From Perkinsus olseni (taxonomy: Eukaryota), in NCBI GenBank assembly GCA_013115125.1, contig JABANN010000101.1, positions 53,280 through 73,279 of the forward strand: a stretch of DNA of 20,000 nt, written 5' to 3'. Shown here piece by piece: positions 9,444 through 18,582 of the stretch. How positions within the stretch are numbered: position 1 is the stretch's first letter; each line of letters starts with the position of its first letter. A program made the position numbers and the translations under genes. Under the pieces are notes generated by a model. The model made no database searches, was not told where the DNA came from, and was given only the letters and a program-made list of their open reading frames with translations.

Positions 9444-12400
9444 TCATGCATACAGGTCGAGGGCATCTTCTCCTGGAGCAGCGAGCACCCTAGCAGGAAG
9501 GGAGTGAAAAGGGGCGACGTTATTGCAAGGAGCTGCTCACTCGGCCATGAAGGCATCAGGATCCACGGCACTAGGTCTAATCTTCTTCTGCTGTTCCTTC
9601 TGATAGTAGTACGCTGCTCCAGCAAAGAGGAAGAACACCAGCACCGCCCCGAGGATGAGCTGGGAGAAAGTAGGTATCGTCGCCGCTGCTGCTGTTAGTG
9701 GGAACTCACCATGACTGGTGACTTCTTCTCGACGACCATGTTTCGGACACCGTCCATGGCCGCATCGGGCCCGCTGTCCTGTTCCGGGATAACCGGATCG
9801 CCACTGAAGTCTATGATAGCCTCCCGCTCGAGTATCCTACAGAACGGGAAACAACCTCACAGATGAAAGGACATTCGAAGTGGCACTCACCTGTCCGCGT
9901 CAGTGACCTTAGTCTCGCAACGGGCTCCCTGGTACCCCGGGGCGCAGAGGCAATCACACGTCGAGGTCATCAGAGTGCCGCCATTGAGACAGTCTGCGTC
10001 TTTCAGTCTAAGACATCATCACAATACCCCGGCCACAGTCCTCGCAAGAGGGTAGCTCCTACAAGCAGCAGCTGCCCATCTGGCAGGCTTCCTGCATTTC
10101 ATCGCCGCCTCCAGCGGGGCACTGCTTCCCCCCGTTACGAGGCATGGTTGATATACTGAAGTATCGTCGCCTCTGGCAATCCGATTGGCACTTGCTCCAT
10201 GGGCCCCACTCGCCCTGATGCGTGATCGCTGCGGATAGATTCTCACGGGGGTAGGTAGACTTACGACGCAGTCGATGCTCCCTGAGGACAATTCGCACGC
10301 GGGTTCCCCTGCAGCTCGATTGACGTCCGACCAAGTCCCGGCTCGACACGAACAGAAGCCTGTCCGACGGTCACACTGACCCGCTGGGCAGCCTGAGTTG
10401 GCGAGTGACGGCCACGATCTGGGTGCGGAGGGCGCACCTTCACAGGGGTCCCGAGTGCAGTACACCCCATTGAGTGGGCCATTGTCTGGTCCTTCATTAG
10501 TCCAGCCATTGACGCAACGACAACCGTCGCCCACGCAGTTCCCATGCCCGTTACACCGACTCTGAAGTGAGAAGGAATGGCAGGTCCGATTGGGGCGAAG
10601 GAATGCCGCGCTGACCTCAGAGCAATCGGTCTTCTCGAGCTCACAGTTGTCGCCAGAGAAGATGCCCTCGCAGACGCAGGAACCAGTAGCTGGATCGCAG
10701 GTCCCTCGACCGTTGCAGTCCCTGAAGATGATAAACGTGAAGGAAGGCGGGCTGGACGGTAGGGGGTGACCTCCCCATGCACTTCTTGCAGTCTCCCCAA
10801 CTGCACATCTCAGTTCGGCTCTTCCCTGCGGAATGCTCGCATGGGATCCCGGACCCGCGGACAGGCTGAGGGAGAGCGATCACATCGGTACTGTCAGATT
10901 CCCTTCGCGTCCCCTACTTGGAAGATCTTGAATGTCATTTCCTGCATACAGTTAGTATTGCAGGTACTGCCAACCCATTGGCCGATGCAGTCTTGAACCT
11001 GCGACCATGGGAGCATTGTCAAGGGTCAGCGGCAAAGGCCGGGCGGCGGCGGTCACCTCTCGGTCACATTTCCCTCCCAGCCCAGGCATGCTCCGCTCCC
11101 ACCCATCCTCGCACCGACATTCATACTGTCCATTACCGGACACGCAGTCCCCTCTGCCGCAGTCACGGACCCTCCAGTCGGTCTCATCTGGCCGAAGGAG
11201 GTATAACGAAAATCACGGACCCCTCCACTGTGGCTCACTTTCGAAAAGGGACTTCTCTAAGCACATGTTGGTGGTGGTCTCACAGTGGGTACCGAACCAT
11301 GTGGCTTGGCATTGGCACTCGTAACCAGTCGGCTTGTCGAAGTTCTCGACGCACTCACCAAAGTGCCCACACGGCTTGGTATGGCAGCTGACGGCAGAAC
11401 ACACTGGACGACCGCGCGCCACGAAATTAACCGAATGCTTACGGGTCCCTCCGAGTGTCACAGTTGGGCCCCTCGTAGCCTGGCAGACACTCACAGCCGT
11501 TGGACTGGCAGGTACCCTTCTCGCAAGCAACGATCTTCCCGCAGACAAACTCCGGCATGTCGTCTGTGGACATCGTGAAGCCAGTGACCGCCATAGCCTG
11601 AGGATGGTCGAGTCAATGTTACGATGGTGTTCGATCTGAGCCGACAGCGTTCCCGTCAATAAGCCCAGATGAGGGGTGAGGTGGACGAGGGCGCCGCACA
11701 GGGACACCGTTTCCCCGACACATACTGTCCCAGTTGTGCGTCAAACCGCATCGACAAAGCGCAGAGAGGAGCCTAGGCGTTAGCGAAGCGATTTCCCATC
11801 CGCCAAGTCCAACTCACCCTACGACCACCCAGCATGGTGCCCTCAAGGAACTTGTCACTGCCGACGATGAGCTTAGAAGATTCCCACGGCTTCTCCGGCA
11901 AGTTGCTCTTCACCTGTGTCGAGCCATCCGCGAGTACGTCACCACAGCTGCCCAGTCCTCACCGATTCTATCGAGGGGACCTTGTCAAGATCCCAGGCAC
12001 GCTTCATGCCCTCCAGCGCTTTGTCCATGGCCTCCTCTCTAGCCGCCGCGGGAGACTCGATATTGGTCGGGCCAAACATGTCAGCGTCGAAGGAGAAGTT
12101 GCCAGCCAAGATCTGTGCCACGATGTCTGGATCGGCCTGCAGGAGAGATGGCCATGCTAAAGACCAGCATCCTCCCCGAGCACCCACCTTGTAACCCATA
12201 TCGATCTCCATGAGCCCCTCAGGTGATGTGGCCCTCTCCGTCGGTCGCTTCTCTGTTGCCTTGCTCTGGCCTTTCTCATTGGTCGGCCGAGCGCTGAGCA
12301 TCCACCTGAGGAGACTGGTGCCCGGTGGGACGTAAAGGGACCAGCGCACCTGATGAAGCTGGAAGGCCTGGCTGTCTCTCTGAGCCGCCCTGTGCAAGTG

Positions 12401-13665
12401 TTGAGCTCTCGCCGCTTATCAGAATCGTCGCCGGTTTTGATCATGAACCCTTCCACCGAGCTCAGCATGCACTGCTGGACGTCTTTGACGCTGACCCAGT
12501 GACCAACACTCAGTGCCTCGCCTCAAGTCCTCGTCTCACCTCGCAATCATGTTCTCATCCTTGGTCTGTCTTTCAGTATCATAACTAACGTTCTTCACTT
12601 GATACGTCGTATCTATCCCATATGCTTTCACCTCCGCCGTGATGAGCTTCGTGCCTACGGAAGGACAATGCATACTCGAAGGAGCGAGGAGGCCACTGGC
12701 ACCTACACTGGATATCGGGGATGTCGAGGAGTTTCCGAGAGGACACAACGTCCTGCCCGTCCCCCTGCTCAGTAGCCGCTGCACGCCTGGCCGCCTCTCT
12801 AGCGTGTGATCGCCATCGGACGCCAATGACCACATCCCCGGGCTCGCAGTTGACCGTCTGATGAGGAATGGGAGTAACACTCTGGTCTACTGGCATGATC
12901 CCTACTCGTGTGGCTCCGTTGTAGCCGTACACCTCTCGCCAATACGACTGCGTGCCCTTGTTGATGTACACCTGATGAATAGCCGTCCATGACCCGACCT
13001 TCCTGTCCAGCGGCTCACCCCAGCCGTCAGAGCTCCGAAGAGGGGCCAATAACCAGTGGTCATCTTCCCTGTGACGGAGTTCTCTTTCATCACCCTGTCC
13101 ATGCCGACTAGGGGGAACTTCTGGTCGTAGATGCCGTCCACGCTGTAGGAGCCGAGATTGGGCCCAAGAGGCATCGAGGAGGTCCTCAGCAATGCATGCA
13201 CGAACTGGCACAAGGAAGCAACACTGTGGATGATTCACCTGATACCCCTCCCGAGAATTCTTACAGAGCTGGGGTCCGACAGGTCGTGAATAGTTGTATC
13301 CAAGTCGTAGAGCCTCGGGCCCCCCGAACGGAGCTGCTCGGCCTCAGGCGCCGGGCGGTGGGTCGAGGGTAGCGAGGAGCGCCAGGCATCCTCGAGCTTC
13401 CCCATGTGAGCGCCTAATGGCTCCTGAGGTGGGGACCACAGACTCTACGAAAGACCAAGCCCCGTCGTACTGGCTACCTGGAGATGGAAGTGTGCCCCCG
13501 GTACGAAAATGGGGGCGGCTGATGATGCCTGTAGGTCGGCACCATTATGGCCCGCTTGCCTCATACCTGATCATACCAGTGGAGAGGGGAACCACTAGTA
13601 GCCATGCTCCCACCAGTTGTGAATGCTATGAGCGTGGGCCAGGTCGCCCGACGGAGTACAGACAT
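9444..13665 (-). CDS. Large type-I transmembrane adhesin-like protein: putative signal peptide, unrecognised N-terminal region, EGFx3-TSR-EGFx3-TSR-EGF, TM helix, short acidic tail (~20 introns)
   Basis: Spliced translation gives EGF repeats (CECLPGYEGPNC, YECQCQATWFGTHC, CNGRGTCDPATGSCVCEGIFSGDNC, CLNGG...CLCAPGYQGARC), spondin-type TSRs (DCVGEWGPWSKCQSDCQRRR...PRNGGKQCP), TM LILGAVLVFFLFAGAAYYY and tail ...GEDALDLYA*. ATG 13665 follows an acceptor at 13692; an upstream ATG at 13740 is possible. One junction (11598-11725) is ambiguous. Confidence 0.85.
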
Positions 13666-13903
13666 GATGATGGTATTGATAAGTGTAATGGCTGAGAAAG
13701 ATAGTGGCAGGAGAACCCTCGTAGCACCAAAGCCTTTCATGCCGAACGCAAACCGCCTCCGGATCAGATTCAATGTAGCATGGGACAAAAGCAAACGTTT
13801 GATTAATGCGAGAGCCGACAGTGTCCAGACCGGTCCGACCTCAGGTGGCAATATCCGTAGGCAATTCACTCGGAAAGCGGTGAAGCCAGAAGGGACACCT
13901 GAT

Positions 13904-15530
13904 CTACCGCGATACTAGAGAGGTCCTCTGTCGAATGGACATACTCGGACGACTAGGGGGTATCGTCCAGTTCATCATTTTCTTCCGCTCCCCGACAGAC
14001 CGCTCCTTCGAGTCCGTTATCCCGTCGTCAGACTCAGCTTGACCCAACGAGGAATCCCCTCGTTTCAATGCTTCGCCGGCGCCCCCTGCCTTCCGTCCCT
14101 CGATTTCGAGCCAGCTGTCGTTCAGCTTGTGTAACGCCTCCCACAACAGTGCATTGCGTTCTCTATAAACTTCCCTCTCTCTGGAGACCTCCGACACCAT
14201 CTTCGCCAGCTCCACTACGGAGCGCTCATCGGCGACATGTTTCAGTGACCGCCGGGCAGGTTCGGGTAACTTGTCGGCTACCTCAGCCAGTTGCTGGAAC
14301 CTCTCCGTCATCAGCCGTCGACTCTCCCTCGCCTTGGCATCGGTCTCTCGTTTGAGCCTCTCAAGTCTGACTGTCATTTGCCTTATCCGCGCTTCTTTCT
14401 CCTCGAGGATCATCAGGGCGTCCTTCGGCTGCGAGTTCACCGGCGCTTCGGACACGCCGTGGAATTGAGTTGGCTCCTCACGCACTTGCGGGGGCTCCTC
14501 GACTTCGACCCACAGAGGGGAGCTACCTATGTGCTGCTCATTGTAAAGCAGGTCCATCCTTCCTGGCCCTCCAGCGACGATGGTGAACGCAACGACGAAT
14601 ATGCCGGTCTCACAGTCTGTGACATCGGTCACTCGTACTGCTCCTACCGGACGGGCCCCGAAGACACCGGCAGGATCGTAAGAGCGATTCCCGCAGGCGT
14701 CACACGTCTCTACCCAAAGCTCATGTGTCAGCCCGATTGCAGTGTCGGGCAAGGCCAGACTGGAACCGTCAGATGTAGGCACGACTGAGCCGGAGATTAT
14801 TCGACAGCACTGAGCCTCCACCTTCCCTGGGCGCATGACTACGTCGAAGGGGCTTCCACAGACGTGACCACCATTCACAGTGACGTCCAGGAAGTAGTGG
14901 CCAGGGCGGCCACAATCATACCGGAGCTTGTAGGAGCCGTCCTCACAGTCCATAGACCATGCCTTGTACTCTCCAATAGAGAGGGTGGGATCTTTAGGTC
15001 GGAGCAGCAGTGATACATTGTTACCACCTACAGGTATCCGTGACCGATTGTGATTCACTGTGTTCACTGTGAGCTCGATCATTTCGCCACACAGACCACC
15101 AGCAACCCCTGGGCCATAGGCAAGGCATCGCTCAGGCCAAGGGACGGTACTCCAACGCCGACCCGTCTCGTCCAAGAAAAAGGTCTGCCGCGGCGAGTGG
15201 CCCGAAAGCCCTTGAACTTGGCTGAAATCAGGAGAGTATTCCCGCAGCAGGAGCAGCAGCAGGAACTTACTCTTCTATGTCTCCCTCGAGCTCCCCATCG
15301 TTCGGGCTGATGGACCGCCACACGGGCTCGTAACGATTCCTCGCGCCGAAACTACCGGGAACGGCGGCATTTTCCGGCACCTGTTTCAACTGCTGCTGCT
15401 GCTGCTGCTCTTCCCCCTGGCCGAATTCAGGTAGGTCCCCGGGGGTTATCTTCTCGCCCTTCATCTCATGTTGGACCGTTGAAACAGCCCGTCTGACCAG
15501 ATGACGTAAGGTCATGTCGGACTGCAGCAT
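13904..15530 (-). CDS. Filamin/ABP280 Ig-repeat protein (2 repeats) with C-terminal coiled coil (~525 aa)
   Basis: Exons 15530-15271 and 15221-13904 are in frame. Filamin repeat signatures RCLAYGPGV...DCEDGSYKLRY...PGHYFLDVTVNGGHVCGSPF and DCETGIFVVAF...EQHIGSSPL, followed by an E/R/K-rich helical region. Short polyQ in exon 1. Confidence 0.88.
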
Positions 15531-15771
15531 TGGATGGAAAGTTCAGTAGTCAAACTGACCGATAGGGAATGGTACAATTCAACGTGAAATTAGAATACTC
15601 TGCTGTGAAGGACCCTCAGGCTAGCTTGTGTAACGAGAACGCTAAGGCGAGCTGCCAGTCAAATTCCGCCACTGCCACGATGGCCTGGGAGGGCGGGAGG
15701 GAGTGTGAAGGAAGCTGAAGACCTCAATCAGCACTAGCACGCCAGTGTACCCCTCCCCAACGCGGAACCAC

Positions 15772-15796
15772 ATCGTTAACCACGTTGGTTAACGAT
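15772..15796. repeat. Perfect 11-bp inverted repeat with 3-nt spacer
   Basis: atcgttaacca-cgt-tggttaacgat, between the CDPK stop and the filamin-gene start. Confidence 0.8.
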
Positions 15797-15835
15797 AAAG
15801 CATAGCTGACGATAGTATAACATGGGGTGGTGAAG

Positions 15836-15872
15836 GCAACAGCAGCAGCAGCAGCAGCAACCACTGCTGCTG
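15836..15872. repeat. CAG microsatellite followed by an inverted CTG run
   Basis: gcaacagcagcagcagcagcagcaaccactgctgctg just downstream of the CDPK stop. Confidence 0.75.
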
Positions 15873-15934
15873 TGGTGCAATGAACGTAAAAAATCAATTA
15901 TCATATGGAAATGCAGTGATGCTGGTGTTAGTGC

Positions 15935-18059
15935 TCAGTTAACAATATCCAGTGGCGGGGCTCTAGCCAAATACAGCGCAACAAACTCCTCTGCAGAGAC
16001 CCCTTTCTCAGAAGCAAGCAGCTGAGGGAACGCTTCCATTAACACGTCCAGGGCGTGGCCTTCCGAACCGAGGTTGGGCTCGAAGTTGAGCAGGTCTTTA
16101 GGGGATATGAAACCGTCACCATCAATGTCCATCATATCGAAGGTCTGCAGGGCGAGGCTTTCACTGAGGTCCGTGTCACAAAGCGTTGCAGCCATGAACT
16201 CATTGTAATTGAGGGCATCATTATTATCAGAGTCAACTCTCGAGAAGACCTTACGCAGGTCAGTCAATACCGCCACTCCTGCTCGTCTAAGGCCGTCCTC
16301 CAACTCAGCGAACGACACATAGCCATCGCCGTTCTGATCGAACATGCGGAAAGTGTACTGCTGGGCAGATACCGAATCGTCGTCGATAAGATGCGCCGCA
16401 CTCATCATGGCCATTCGCTTCAGCATCGGCAGGCGAGTGAAGCGTTCCATCCTCTCGACACAGTGGCAGTCGAAGAGGTGGGCAAATCTGATGTCTATGC
16501 AAATCTTATCGCCATCACTGGCCTCCCCAGCACTGCTTAGGAAGCTACGGATGAACGGATGCTTGAGGGCCTCCTCAGGAGTGATACGTTTGTGCGGGTC
16601 CCTTTCGAGAAGTCGTCTAAGAAGGTTCCTAGCATTGAGCGACCGGTCCAGCAGTACGGGGTTATTCAATCGACACTCGAGGTAGCCGGCGTCGAGGATC
16701 TCGTCCAGGATCTCCGCTGGGGAGTCCGCGCAATCACCGCCGAAAAGTGGTTCCCCCGTAAACAGGGCATAGGAGATGACACCCAAGGACCACATGTCCG
16801 ATGCCGTACCTAACAGAGGCCACAGCCGATGACGAGAGGGAAGAGCGCAAAATAAAGCATCCACGGCGGTCCTCACCGTATGTTCCACCAGCAGCAACCT
16901 CAGGCGCCATGTAGGCCGGCGTGCCCGCTGTTGAATTGCCTTCTTCGAACTTCCTACGTTCCAAATCAGCCACCTCCGAGCCGTGCTGAGGAGAAACAGC
17001 TCTCAACCGCGACCAGAGCTGACGCCATACACTGAGGCGACTATGTACCTCAGCCAGACCCAAGTCTATCATCTTCAGCGTAGAACTGGCCGTGTCCTTG
17101 GAACGGAACATGAAGTTCTCTGGCTTGATGTCCTTGTGGATGATATTGTTATGGTGACACCCCACGACAGCCTTCAGCATATGCCGCATGATGATAGCTA
17201 TCTCCTGCTCCTGAACAAGGGAGGAGAACGAGGAAGCTGAATAAGATTCCACAACCTGGCAAGCCCCTCACCTGGAAGCCGTTCTCTCTAGTGTCGAAGA
17301 CATTAATGATGTGGTCGAATAGATCCGGCCCCGCACAGAGTTCGAAGACCAGATAGTAGTTGACTTCATTCTCAAAGTACTCTATTAACTTGACTATATG
17401 CGGATGGTCCAAGGCAAGCAGGCTGGAAATCTCGTGCTCGAAAACCAACTGAGAGGAAGAAGCAACGACCATTCGTACAGACGACAGAGTCCTGGCGCGT
17501 TGCCCACCTTGTCCGTCCCAACGTGTGTCTTCGGTATCTGCTTCACCGCCCTCTTGGTGCCGGTACGTTTGTGCTCGGCCAACAGAACAGTCCCAAAGCC
17601 GCCCGAACCTGCAACGGCCCTCCCTCCGCTTCAAGCAGGCGTGGAGCTACTACCGAGCTCGCGTAGGACGGCGTAACGGGAGTAGAACGGGTTGGTATTG
17701 CGACGGATGAAGGAGTGACGCTCCACAGACAAGTCGATGAAGGAAGCCTAAGAGAGAGGCGAACTTCCCTCACTCGAGCAGATGGCCTGAACACTTACGT
17801 GGCGGGTGAAGGTGTTGGGCTTGGGGCGGTAGTAGGTGGTCTCCGTCTGACAGAAGGTGTCCTGCTTACGGCTGCTGGTCACATGGACGACGAACCCCGT
17901 CGATCCAGCGACTGTGGCGGCCACCCAACGAGACCACTGGCGAGTACTCTTAAGACGATACAATGCGTGCAAGCAACAAAATAAATCAACTGCAACAGAC
18001 GCATAACACTTGTATTCTGTTGGAACTGATCTCCTCACTTTCGCTCTGAGAGGGAACAT
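15935..18059 (-). CDS. CDPK: Calcium-dependent protein kinase (kinase domain, junction, calmodulin-like domain)
   Basis: Spliced exons give ELGSGGFGTV, RAVKQI, LDHPHIVKLIEYFE, HKDIKPENF, MIDLGLAE, AGTPAYMAPE, DMWSLGVI and RITPEEALKHPF, junction MERFTRLPMLKRMAM, and EF loops DQNGDGYVSFAE, DSDNNDALNYNE and DIDGDGFISPKD. The fourth EF hand is degenerate. ATG 18059 is the only in-frame Met seen upstream of the kinase domain. Confidence 0.93.
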
Positions 18060-18582
18060 CGCCCGTCCCCCCCTACAGCCTGACGACCTGACTGCTACGT
18101 GGACAGAGTTCGGGTTTCCACATTCCTCGAAAAAGAGGAACGTGGATTGGGTGATCTGTTTACCGCAGCCGTCAACTTGGCAGAGAGTAGTATCAATCTT
18201 GAAGCTTAGTTAGAGTTGCCAAAAAAGCATCAGCAGGGACTCAAGTGATCTCTCTACCACCAACGACAATGATCAAATGCGCCTCGACTCAGCCGCAGCC
18301 GAGCTTACTTCAGCCCTTCCGTCCATGCCGCTTTGCACGTTCGGATTGATTATTCTCCACATCATCCTTGCTTCCTTCCCCTCTGCATTACTCTGCTCGG
18401 CTGCACTTACCGAGCTGTGGTCCCTTGCTGGTTTAAACAGAGCGTGCGTACTATTACCTATGGGGAACCACCCGCAAAATCGCTACACGGAACATATACC
18501 ATAGGACTTCTGCCATAGGTAACACTTAGACGGACTCTTCCGCGCTCAAGTAACAACACAACGCCACATGGAAGGAGGGAAA

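Noticed and set aside
14068-16813. Long plus-strand ORFs (e.g. 14291..14788, 16055..16540)
   Set aside because: Antisense shadows of the filamin and CDPK exons, expected in GC-rich coding DNA.
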